Shown here piece by piece: positions 53,043 to 64,000 of a stretch of 64,000 nt of DNA. The translations under genes were made by a program, and so were the position numbers. Numbering within the stretch: position 1 is the first letter of the stretch; every line of letters begins with the position of its first letter. The notes below the pieces were generated by a model. It ran no database searches and was not told the origin of the DNA. It saw nothing but the letters and a program-made list of their open reading frames with translations. Source of the DNA: Octopus vulgaris. Its lineage: Eukaryota. The stretch lies in NCBI GenBank assembly GCA_951406725.2, contig OX597834.1:22692001-22756000 (forward strand), in the 5' to 3' direction.

Positions 53043-53539
53043 AAAGAAGCCTGTCTGTGTGTGTGTGTTTGTGTTTGTCCCCACCACCATCACTTGACAA
53101 CCAATGTTGGCGTATTTACGTCTCCGTAACTTAGCAGTTCAGCAAAAGAGGCTGATAGAATGAATAAGTACTAGGCTTACAAAGAATAAGTCCTGGGTTC
53201 GATTTGTTCAACTGAAGACAGTGCTCCAGCATGATCGCACTCAAATGACTGAAACAAATAAAAGAATAACAGAAAAAAAGAATATATATATACGTGTGTG
53301 TGTGAAAGAGTTGATGCAGGCACATAATTGTATTCTGATTAACTTGATACATAATAACCATGAAGTATTTATTCATTGTTTATACGACATGGTTGGTTCA
53401 GACATGAATATTTGATTGCTGTGGTTCATGCTCAAACCTGCTAGACCGTATCAACAATGAATAATTTCAAGAATGGTCGGTTTCTCACAATTCTGTCAGC
53501 TTTCCATGAATTACAGCACATTGATGACCTGGATAAACA

Positions 53540-53712
53540 TCATCATTGTCGTTGTCGTCATTGTCATCATCGTTGTTGTCATCATCTTTATCATCATCAT
53601 CACCACTACCACCACCACCATCACCTTTATCATTATCATCATCATCATCATTATCACCTTTATCATCATCATCATCATCATCATTATCACCTTTATTATC
53701 ATCATCATCATG
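53540..53712. repeat. (CAT)n-type trinucleotide tract (also 25530-25675)
   Basis: Directly visible; expanded tail of SINE-like repeats. Confidence 0.9.
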
Positions 53713-54199
53713 TTTGTTTAGCATCCACTTTTCTATGCTTGCATGGGTCGGACAAAGTTGTTTTTTTTTTCTTTAGGCAAATTTTCTATGGCTGGATGCC
53801 CTTCCTGTTACCAACCCTCCCCCCCATTTCCAAGTTAGGTAATATTTCTCCCATGGCCAGATATATTTTTGTAGACTACTGGAGATGACTAACACTGCTT
53901 GTAAGATGGTAACAACCATTTCACCACTATTACACAATGTCAAGACAAAGAGACACACATACACACACACACACACATACATATATACAGACAGACAGAC
54001 AAACAGAAAGACAGACAGCAGACAAATTAACTTTCATCAGAGAAGTCAGTACTCGTTAACTTTATCAGCCCATAGAATTTGTGGGACCAAGAGTTGGAAG
54101 AAACCATGACTCATAGGTTCAGCAACAGAAAAGAGTATGTCAAAATATCAAAATTTACTCTCTGACATGAATATTTTAACACAGAAAGCCTTAAATATA

Positions 54200-54874
54200 A
54201 GTCTTATAAATATGAAAGAAATTGCTGTATACAGTGCTCAGATGCACTACACCTAAGAAAAAGCAAAAAAAAACCCATCAGATGTACTGTTGGTGGAATC
54301 AGGAAGCATGGAAGTTTTGAAGGATGTAGTGTCTCAACAGTAGTATTAGTTTATTCCATGTTTCGACAATTCTGAGTGTGAAAAAAATGTTTCCAAAAGT
54401 CATGGGTGCTGTGTGTTGTTTTTTGGTATTGTAAATATGTCCACGAGTATTTGTCATATGGAATTCAAAAAGGTGCCCAAGTTTATTGCTGGAAAGATGG
54501 TGGAAAATCTTGTGGGAGTCTACCAAGTCAGTTGCCAGACGTCTGAGCTTTAATGTGTCCATGCCCATGAAAGCAAGACGTTCAGAGTATGGTAGATGTC
54601 TAACGGCGGATATTCGTTTTGTTGCACGTTTCTGAACAATTTCCAGGAGATTTATATGCTGAGCAAGATAGGGGTTCCAGACTGGTGATGCAAATTTAAA
54701 GTGTGGGCTTACCATTGTCATAAACAGTTTTAAATAGATAGCTGGAAAGCAGCTGACAAAGGTCTTACTGAGTGATGCTAGGACACCCTCAGCCTTCTTG
54801 ACAATTCTAGAGATGTGGTTTGTCCAACGCAGATCGCTGTTTATAATAATACCCAGATTACGTTCTTGAATCAT
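54200..54874 (-). mobile_element. CR1-clade LINE 3' fragment (RT C-terminal region plus 3' UTR)
   Basis: ERNLGIII, VSPHFKFASPVWNP, LEIVQKRATK, YSERL, RRLATDL, TRGH, FFTLRIVETWN. The 3' UTR motif GTAGTGCA.CTGAGCACTGTATACA recurs at about 58715-58750 and 61545-61590 (+). Confidence 0.88.
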
Positions 54875-54990
54875 TTTAAAAACGACATAGAAATATCGTC
54901 AGCTGCGAAGATGTAGGGGGCATAACTACTTTTATAACCAATCAGCTGTTATAACATGGTGAGCGTATCTGAGTGCTTATAGCAGAATGG

Positions 54991-55431
54991 GGCGGAGGTA
55001 AAGAATACGCTTACCACCCGTTTTCGGCGTAACTCTAACCCTAAATCCTAGTCCTAAGCCCTAACCCTAACCCCTAACCCTAATCCTAAACCCTAATCCT
55101 AAACTCTAATCCTACATCCTAATCTTAAACCCTAATTCTAAATCCTAATCCTACAGCCTAATCCTAAACCCTAATCCTACACCCTAATTCTAAACCCTAA
55201 TCCTAAACCTTAATCCTAAACTCTAATCCTACACCCTAATCCTACACCCTAATCCTACACCCTAATCCTAAACCCTAATTCTAAACCCTAATCCTACAGC
55301 CTAATCCTAAACCCTAACCCTACACCCTAATCCTAAACCCTAATTCTAAACCCTAATCCTACAGCCTAATCCTTCAGCCTAATCCTTACCCTATCCCTAA
55401 ACACCGAGTGTGCGTATTCTTTACCTTCGCC
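54991..55431. mobile_element. TIR element filled with a telomere-like CCCTAA/TCCTAAA array
   Basis: TIR GGCGGAGGTAAAGAATACGC / GCGTATTCTTTACCTTCGCC; flanks CAGAATGG / TAAAATGG; array at about 55030-55400. Confidence 0.75.
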
Positions 55432-55940
55432 TAAAATGGTCTCTACTAAAAAAGGCAGCTCAGAGAACGGGTTAGTTCTATGACCTACATAACTGCTCTC
55501 TTGAATTCCCTCTCTACTCATCCTTTTCTGCAGACATTGATATTCAGATTCTCAGGCTAGCTATCGACCATGTTATTGTTCTCACTTATCATTGAGATCG
55601 TAAACACCTTCTCTCTCAGATTATCTCAGTGATGTAAAAAAAAAAAAATTCATGACTTGGTAAACGAATAATATTAGTATGCAAATAAAAAGGTTATTTA
55701 GCATCATCCAATCTGGGGTTTTTTTTCTCCTTTTGTTCTTTTTATTTTTCATACATGTCTTACCATTTTTAAGTGTGCGTGCATATGCACGTATGTGCGT
55801 GAGTGCATGCGTACGCAAGTGCCTTGCATGCGTGAGTGCGTGCGTACGTAAGTACGTGCGTGCGTGTATGCGCGTGCTGAATTGATAACTAGATATGGTA
55901 TGATTTAAATGCCTGCAGCATGGCAGAAAACAGATCTGAT

Positions 55941-56172
55941 GGGGCGGTGAACTGGTAGAAACGTTAGCACGCCGGGCGAAATGCTTAGCGATATTTCGTC
56001 TGCCGTTACGTTCTGAGTTCAAATTCCGCCGAGGTCGACTTTGCCTTTCATCCTTTCGGGGTCGATTAAATAAGTACCAGTTACGCACTGGAGTCGATAT
56101 AATCGACTTATCCCGTTTATCTGTCCTTGTTTGTCTCCTCTATGTTTAGCCCCTTGTGAGTAATAAAGAAAC
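55941..56172 (+). mobile_element. SINE family B (Meta/MESC-like core), representative copy
   Basis: GGCGGTGAACTGGTAGAA head, GAGTTCAAATTC B-box-like motif, core GGTCGACTTTGCCTTTCATCCTTTCGGGGTCGATTAAATAAGTACCAG. Other copies at about 7451-7682(-, TSD CAAATACC), 8690-8910, 19380-19611(-), 27697-27920, 36595-37178(-), 40905-41100, 42465-42605(-), 58803-58990, and arrays at 2610-4275 and 31930-32640. Confidence 0.8.
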
Positions 56173-58752
56173 AGATATTTCGTCTGTCTTAATGTTCTGA
56201 GTTCAAATTCTGCCGAGGTCGACTTTGCCTGTCATCCTTTCAGGGTCCATAAATTAAGTACCAGTTGCGTACTGAAGTCGATCTTACCAACTGGCCCATC
56301 CCCCACAAAATTTCGGGCCTTCTGCCTAGAGTAGAAAAAAAACCCAGATCTGATGAATAACTTGACGCTCGCTAATGCAAGGGAAACAACTGCGTCGATG
56401 TCGCTTGGTTAAACAAGATAATATATGGTTGTTTTAGTCCTGGTTGAGCTGACATATGATCAAAGGCATCCCAATCATGACCACCACTCATCCTGTACAC
56501 GAGGGACGCTACATTATCCATGATGTACTATCTTTCTGAAGGACGGCAGTATATGTTTTGAGGGAGATTTGGTTGTTATAAATAAGATAGTGGGTGATGG
56601 TTGTAACAGTGTTGTGAAAAGTCACACTTCGAAGTCCCAATCGTTAAATGGTTCTATCAAATTCAATGGAGATAACATCATATCCAGGGAGTGATTTATA
56701 GCTTATCTTTATTTTTTTATTTTAATTGTTCCAGTCATAAGACTGCGGCCATGCTGTGGCACCGCCTTGAATTTTTTATTATTTTTTTAGTCGAATGAAT
56801 CGATCCCATTTATTTTTTATAAAGCCTACTACTTATGCTATCAGTCTCTTTTTGCCGCGCTGCTAAGTTACAAGGACGTAAATATATCGACATCAGTTGT
56901 CAAGTGGTGGGGGGACCAACACAGACACCAAAACACACAGATAGCTATATATGTAGTCATCATCATCATCATCATCGTCATCATCGTTCAACGTCCGCTT
57001 TCCCTGCTGGCATGGATTGGACGGTTTAACTGGGGACTGGCAAGCCAGGAGGCTGCACCAGGCTCCAATCTCTACAGCTGGATGCCCTTCCTAACGCCAA
57101 CCACTCCAAGAGTGTAGTGGGTGCTTTTTACCTGCCACCAGCATGGGAGCCAGTCAAATCAATTAACGTCTATTGTCATGCTATCATGGGTTGGACGGTT
57201 TGACCAGGGCTGGAAAGCTGGTGAGGCTGCACCAGACTCCAGTCTGATTTGACATGGTTCCTACAGCTGGATGCCCTTCTTAATGCTGACCAATTTACAG
57301 GGTGGACTGAGAACTTTTACAGGGCACTGCACAGGTGTTTTTATGCTGCACAGCCACAAGTGCTTTTCACTACCAGAGCAACTGGTCTTGGCACTTCTAC
57401 AGAGTACAGGTCTTCTTGAGTACAGCAAGTTTTCTATGGAGGAAGGGGTCCTACAGTTGTACTTTTAGCCTTCAAAGGTCATCTGCTTGATATTTTTTGC
57501 TGCTTTTTTTTTTAATATCTTTTGAACTTTTACTCTTTTAACGTCTGTTTTATGAATTTGTGTGACCTAGTGGTTAGGGTATTGGATCCATGATCACAAA
57601 ATTGTGTTTCAATTTCCTGACTGAACAGTACATTGTCTTCTTGAGCAAAACACTTCATTTCTCCCATCTATTCAGTTGTAAATAAGTAACGTTGTGATGG
57701 ACTGGCATCCCGTTTATGGGGATACTGTGATCTCAGTCAGTTACAAGCCACGGAAACCAGGTAGCTCACCCTATGACACCTTGGCTTCGAAACAGTAATA
57801 CCTAAAGGACTTGCTTTACAACGAACATTGATTTGATTGAAATAAGGAAGACTGAGGTCTGTCACTTCAATCTGTTTTAAAATATAGATGGCAAGAAAAG
57901 ATTAATTCCATTTCAGTAATAGAAATAATGCCATTTATCAATTAATAGCTTGATATTACATTCTGGTTTTGATATCTAGAAGCTGACTTGGTAGAAGCCC
58001 ACAAGGTTACCCACCATCTTTTCAACAAAACTTTGGTCATGTTTTTGAATTCAATGTATCTATCACATGTGGACATGCTTATAAAATTAAAAATAAAAAC
58101 AATACAGCATCCATGATTTTCACAAACATTTTTTTGTGCACAGAGTTGTTGCAAAAGTGAATAAACGACCTGCAGCAATTGTTAATTGTCAGGACACTGC
58201 ATACTTCAAAAATTCTATGCTTCTTGAAATTCACAAATTTTTGATGTGTCTATACACCCCTATTTTTTATGATTTTTTTTTTCATATTTCCTTATCTCTA
58301 TTTTCATGTTCTGTCCTGTCTACATGGACAAAACAAACTAAGGGAGTCCTGAAGTTGCAGCACCTCAATTTCAAGCATGCTAAGGCCAGTGCCATGGATT
58401 GAAAAGTGTGGAATAACATCATCACCAGAGTCCAGCATCCAGCAGCACCCACAGCCTCCCCCACCGGTCACTTGTTAGGGATTTTACTATTTTTCTTTAC
58501 TATTTACTGAGCAGGGCCAGCCCTAGGGTTGTTGGTGCCCCGTGCAAGCTGAACTTCAGCATGTACAAGCTGACGGTTGTGGAAATTTCCTTGTCTTTAT
58601 CATGCCCTCCTTGGTGCCCCCTAACACATGGCACCCCTTCTTGTTTTCATTGCTGTCTTTCTTTACTTGTCTTACATGCCTGCATTCTCTTCCCTCTTTT
58701 GACCTTTTCCAAGCTGTAATCTACTTGAACACTGTATACAATAAGTTCATTA

Positions 58753-58783
<31 letters not shown>

Positions 58784-60789
58784 TATTATTATTATATGTA
58801 AGATGGTGAGCTGGCAGAATCATTACCATGCCAGACCAAAAGCTTTGCAGCATTTCTTCCAGCATTACATTCTGAGTTCAAAATACCTCAAAGTCAAATT
58901 TGTCTTTCATTCTTTGGGAATCAATAAAATAAAGTACCAGTCAAGTACTGGGGGCAATGTAATTAACTAGACCCCCACCCCTTAAAAATTCAGAAAGAAT
59001 TATTAACATTATGTGTGGGCTGAGAGAAACAGCAGGAAGCCTCCTTCAGCCAATTTTGACCATGCATGCTGACATGTAAGTGCATGCCTGTGCAAGATTT
59101 TTCTTAAAAGATGACGAATAGATGCCCTTTCATGGAAGTCTCTTCTGTCCATGTCACTGATGTTTATCCAAGGGGAGAGGCCTCTAACTTGGGTTGATGC
59201 AGCTTGACACCAGTGTTGGCAGAGGCATTGCTGTCAGAACACAAAGATCCAGAACAGATACCACAAGACATTTGAATAGACCCCCACCCTCTAACATTCC
59301 CCACCACCACCACCACTGCTACCAATCAACCATCTTCGATTGGTACTTTATTATCAACCAAGAAAATATAAAAGGTAAAATTGACCACCTCAATGGTATT
59401 TGAACTCAGAGTATAGGGAGTCAGAACAAAGACCACAAGGCATTCTGGTCCCACACCCTAATAACTCCACAAATCCACTACCTTCAGAAACAGTAAACAG
59501 ATGGGCAAAAATGCTTTACGGTGTTTAGTGATAATCATTTAAGAACTGAGTTTAAATCTCAATGGAGTCAACTTTGCTTTCCATCTGTTCTATATGAGAT
59601 ATTCTTCTATGAGGGTTGTGTTTGGCTGTTGGCTGTGTGTAAATTATGAACAAAACTTACAAACAATTAACAAAAGCTTTATTTACTGCCAATATTGTTT
59701 TCTTTGTTGGTCTTTAGATGAAGAATAAAAATAATTCATATACAGTTGGAGAGTAAACTCTTGTGGCTACAACAATGGAGCTGGTACATATCAATCTGTG
59801 ACTAGGCTATCACAAATGGAGAAATACTGTTATATAACCATTAATGTAACTTAGTGCATACGTGCACCTCATGGATCCTAATCGAAGCACACCATATAAG
59901 ACCCGACTGTCAGGTAGTCTTGGTCGATAGTAAATTCATCATAGGTAAAATCCATCATATAATAATAGCTCGATTCACTGCTTGGTAAATGCATGTCCAG
60001 TCAATAAAGTAATGGGAAGCTGTTATATAACCATTAATGCTTCAAAGAATTGAAAGAAGAAGAATGACAGATCATTTATGAAAGGGTAAGAGATCTCACA
60101 AAAGTTTGAGGAGCAAAGTCATGATAATAGATAGGGTTGAAATTGGAAGATAAAACAATTGAAAGAATCAGATTAAACTGGGAACTGATAATGGCTCAGT
60201 AAAACCAGCCTACTTATGAGCCCTATATGGCAACCTTTAATTAAGAGAAAGCATTAAGTCTAAAATCATAAAAATAGATTTAAATCTCCTGAATTCCATT
60301 CCCTAATTGTTCTAGAAACAATGATATAGTGACTATAAAAGTTAAGTGTTACAGTTAACCTAGAGGGGTGTGAGTTCAATTTTTGGTTGAGTGAATATAT
60401 GTTTACACCATTAACCCTTTGACTGCATAATTAAATTTCATGGCCATTCTTCTAATGATGTTAATCATCTACCAAAAAATGGAATTGATATTTTCTGCTT
60501 CTGTATTATTTTGCAGAATATCTACTGCTAAAAATATTTGATTCTTGCTCTGTAAAGAGATATTTGATGAAATATGTAAAAAAAAATTAAGAAAATCTGA
60601 AAAATTGTCTTTTGTAAAAAGAAAAGTTGTCACTGGAAGTGTCTCCAATCTTCAGAACATAAGGAGAGTTTTTTCAAAGACATGGAGTAAAATCACTTTC
60701 TGCAGTTAACAAAATTTTGAGCAGATAAATCTGCTTTCTGCATTTAAAGAGTTCAAGTAGAATAAAGAAGCAGCTTCACAGGAACAGAA

Positions 60790-61430
60790 AATGTTGAAGT
60801 TGTTGACTGCTTCACTTATCTCAGCAATGAGATTCATAGCAATATTAGCTGTGAATTTAAAGTCCTAAAAAGCCTTGGACAAGATGGTGCATTTGTGGAC
60901 TCATTTGACCAGGGCATTTGGTGTTGCCAATATCTGTGCAGGAGAACAAGAGTTCGGGTCTTTAGGTGTTTGGTTTTCCCTGTCCTGCTCTATAGTTGTG
61001 AGACTTGAATGCTGTCCAGGGCCCTTAGGAGCCACTTGAATTCCTTTGGTATCAGGATGCTTCATAGGATTATGGGGTTACCAGTGACTGGATTTTGCAT
61101 CCAACCAATTCTGCTCAGAAACTTGAATGTGTTCTCTTGTATGATTTTGGAGTATCAGCTCAGACTGATTGACAATGTTTCTTGCTTTGCCAAGTTAGAC
61201 CCAGCTTACTGTGTTCTGTTCACTGAGGATCTGGCTGGGTTGACAGCTTGTGTTGGTCAACCACATGCCACATGGTCATGACAGATGAGGAGGTATCTCA
61301 TGGAGATGAGGACTGATTGGGACCCTGCTTGACAGGTTACCCAGCGGGGATCCAAGAATATACCAACAAATGGTAAATGCAGCAATGCACTGCAACAGTT
61401 GCATGACCTCCATCTGACCTCACCTGATAT
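60790..61430 (+). mobile_element. RTE-type LINE relic, RT C-terminal region (degraded)
   Basis: EVVDCFTYL, RTRVRVFRCLVFPVLLYSCET*, LNSFGIRMLHRIMG motifs with stops and frameshifts. Confidence 0.75.
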
Positions 61431-62204
61431 CAAGAACAAAAAATAACTTTAAAAAATCTTTTTTTTAAGCAACTCATTCACTGTTCACTTCCTATGCATT
61501 ATTCTATGTACTGTTCGTGCACTTTCACCTACTTTTTCTGATGAGTTGTAGTGCACCTGGGCACTGTATACAATAGGTTCGTTATTATTTTAATGAGAGA
61601 GAGATTGAGAGAGATTAACTGCTTTTGGTACTGATTCAGAACAAGAACAGTCTACTATTGTGAATGATTTGCTAACTGTATACTCTCAACAAGAGCTAAC
61701 TTGAAGCTAAATAACAAAAACAACAAATGTTTTGAAACATTTAGTTAGTTCCTTCTATGTTTTATTGGATTGACAAGAAATTTTGTCAGTATTTAATTTA
61801 CGATCCTTCTACTGAAAATAGTCAGCAAAGCCTTCATGTCAGATCTATAACTTTGCCGTCAATAAACATGCATGAATAACCTTGTCCGGTTTCTGGTTGG
61901 TTTATTTTATTTATGAAATTAACCAGAAATGTGGTTTCACTTTGGCTGTCTGCTACACAATAGTAACTAATAAAACTAGCAGTAATTTTTACTTAGTTTC
62001 GCATCATCTAAATATGATATAAAATAATTAAAGATTGAGAATAATAAATAGATAAATATTTGAATATAAATTAAAATCATTATTATTTCTTGAAAATTTT
62101 CCTTTAATTTTGATGGAAAACAAAACGATAAAAGCAAAAAAAACAATACCGAGGTGAACGGTGATTATAAAATTTAAGCATCCGCTCTGTATAACCAGTT
62201 TAAC

Positions 62205-62456
62205 ATGGCGAACGTGAACGATGAGATCAAAAGCCTCACTTATTTTAACGTCCGACCAGTCATACTTCGAGGGTTTGTGGGGCCTTTCTTAATTCTGTAC
62301 ATCTGTTGGTTTTATCTCTGGATTGTGGTGTATGGAGTCGAAGAATATTTCGACGCTGGTATTATTGCCGTCGGTATAATCGTGTTTGTACACACCCTCA
62401 CAGGCCTGTTTTGTGTTTGGTCCGTTCACGTCCAATGTGCACTCACTTGTACTTCG
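62205..62456 (+). CDS. ATP13A1: First coding exon (84 codons) of an ER P5A-type ATPase (ATP13A1/Spf1-like); the gene continues beyond the window
   Basis: ATG in AACATGG context. Translation MANVNDEIKSLTY...GFVGPFLILYICWFYLWIVVYGVEEYFDAGIIAVGIIVFVHTLTGLFCVWSVHVQCALTCTS has two hydrophobic helices and the WSVHxxCxLTC motif I recall from the ATP13A1 N-terminus. It ends at a consensus phase-0 donor TCG|GTAAGT at 62457, in a CpG-retaining region. Confidence 0.88.
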
Positions 62457-62616
62457 GTAAGTATATTTCTGTTGATCAATTAATCAATATTAATTCGCTT
62501 GAATGATGCTAAACTTTTGTCTTTTGTATCGAACTTTTTTACTCCATGTACATGCATTTATTGACTTACAGAAATTACTGAGGCAAAATCGAAAGATTTC
62601 ACATTGTATATATATA

Positions 62617-62688
<72 letters not shown>

Positions 62689-63967
62689 AACAAAAGGGAA
62701 AGTACTCAATACATGTAGAGGTTGTTCGTACGAAGTTGATCATTCACTCCGTCGCAACTCCGAGTTCCCTGTCTTGCTACGTGTAATCCTCGAAGGAACA
62801 AAAAAAAAAGCTATCGCAGTTTTCTTTTTATTTATTTTTATATGACCTTATGATCGTTTTTACTCTCTTCTTCATTTTATTCACAGCTTTTGTGCGGTTT
62901 TTCAAAATAATATTTCTTGACAAGAACAACGCGATAATTTGGGGTTATAGTTGATCATTATCAATCTGGTGCTGCACCGGTTCTTTCTCATCTTATCCAC
63001 ACCCCACACCCACGAGAATGAAAGAAGTCGAACTCAGCTGGTTTTGAAATCCCATAACACGCATCAGTATATATATATATATATATATATATATACGCAC
63101 GCACACACACACACGATCAAATAAGTACTATTATGTCAGCGTTTTTATAACAGCGTGGTGACCTCCTCCAGCTTTACCAATAAACAGTACAAAAGAACGA
63201 TGGCACTGTTATTCCATAATTACTAATAGAATGTAGAATGTTTTCTAAAACGAACCATATGGTTCGTCGCATTTTTCTTAAATCGCTGACCATCACCTTG
63301 GATTCGTTTTCTGTTTTGAGCTTTTTTTCTTCTTTTACTCATAATTTTTCGGTTTTTAATTAGCCGGCTCCCTCTCATTCATAGCTTTCGTTACATATAT
63401 AAAGCATTTGGCTTAAGGTTTTTTTGTTTGTTTTTTTTTTCATTATTCTATAAATATTTTCAATATCAATAGTATATTTATTTTCAAAAGAAGCTTAAAA
63501 GTGAACATTTTTGCTGTGCAAAATAATTTTCTAAATATTTTTCTTGGAGGATCTCATGTTTAGGGTTTCATTTTCACTTTGCTCGTATCCACATTGTCCT
63601 CTCTCTCTCTCCCCCCACACACATAGACGTGTGTGTCTCAAGTACATCTTAACATTACAATCCCTAACATTAATTGCTAGTTTGCCTCTTGTTTTTATTG
63701 AGCTGACCGATTTTTCAACCTGCTTAATTTTCCTCCACAAATTTTCTTTATTTTATTTTATTTTAATTTTTTCTAAAATCTATTAAATTTTATTTCGATA
63801 TTACGTCCTGATTTTACATGTAAGAAAATAATTTTTGAATTGTGCCGTCGCGTTTATTTTCCGACTTGAAAACTGAAACAAAATTTGTATGAAATCCCGA
63901 AGAGGGAGGGGGTCATATTTGGGGAGAGAACTAAATAGATAAATGTTACTATTAGAATTGAAATTTT

Positions 63968-63998
<31 letters not shown>

Positions 63999-64000
63999 GC

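Noticed and set aside
53457-53888. Poly-His/Asp/Ser/Ile ORFs
   Set aside because: All six frames of a (CAT)n tract at a SINE tail.
55030-55400. True telomere or chromosome-fusion scar
   Set aside because: Degenerate, single orientation, internal and enclosed by TIRs with a TSD.
61538-61590. CTGATGAG hammerhead-like start
   Set aside because: No GAAA follows; the sequence is the CR1-like 3' UTR also seen at about 54230 and 58720.

Overview
AT-rich, repeat-dense eukaryotic DNA. The SINE, LINE and microsatellite landscape suggests a cephalopod, probably Octopus (inference; not confirmed by search). Only one protein-coding segment is recognisable: the first coding exon of a P5A-type ATPase (ATP13A1/Spf1-like) at 62205-62456 (+), whose intron runs off the window end. 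Almost all other ORFs in the track are artefacts of microsatellites or SINEs. The rest is a mosaic of at least five SINE-like families, RTE- and CR1-type LINE relics, maT (DD37D) and mariner transposase relics, piggyBac-, hAT- and Tc1-type MITEs, and non-autonomous Helitrons plus a Helentron-like element. Most worth following up: (i) a Penelope-like insert with a hammerhead-ribozyme-like core and palindromic helix III at about 9.92-10.0 kb; (ii) two unrelated GG-ended TIR elements that both carry telomere-like repeats and 8-bp TSDs ending in ATGG; (iii) a chain of minus-strand candidate exons from an ETS/E-box site at about 44.5 kb leftwards, either a lncRNA or a 72-aa orphan ORF; (iv) a cluster of long foldback palindromes in (TA)n at 49.4-50.5 kb. 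I found no convincing novel multi-gene system. Coordinates were counted by eye and repeat boundaries are approximate.
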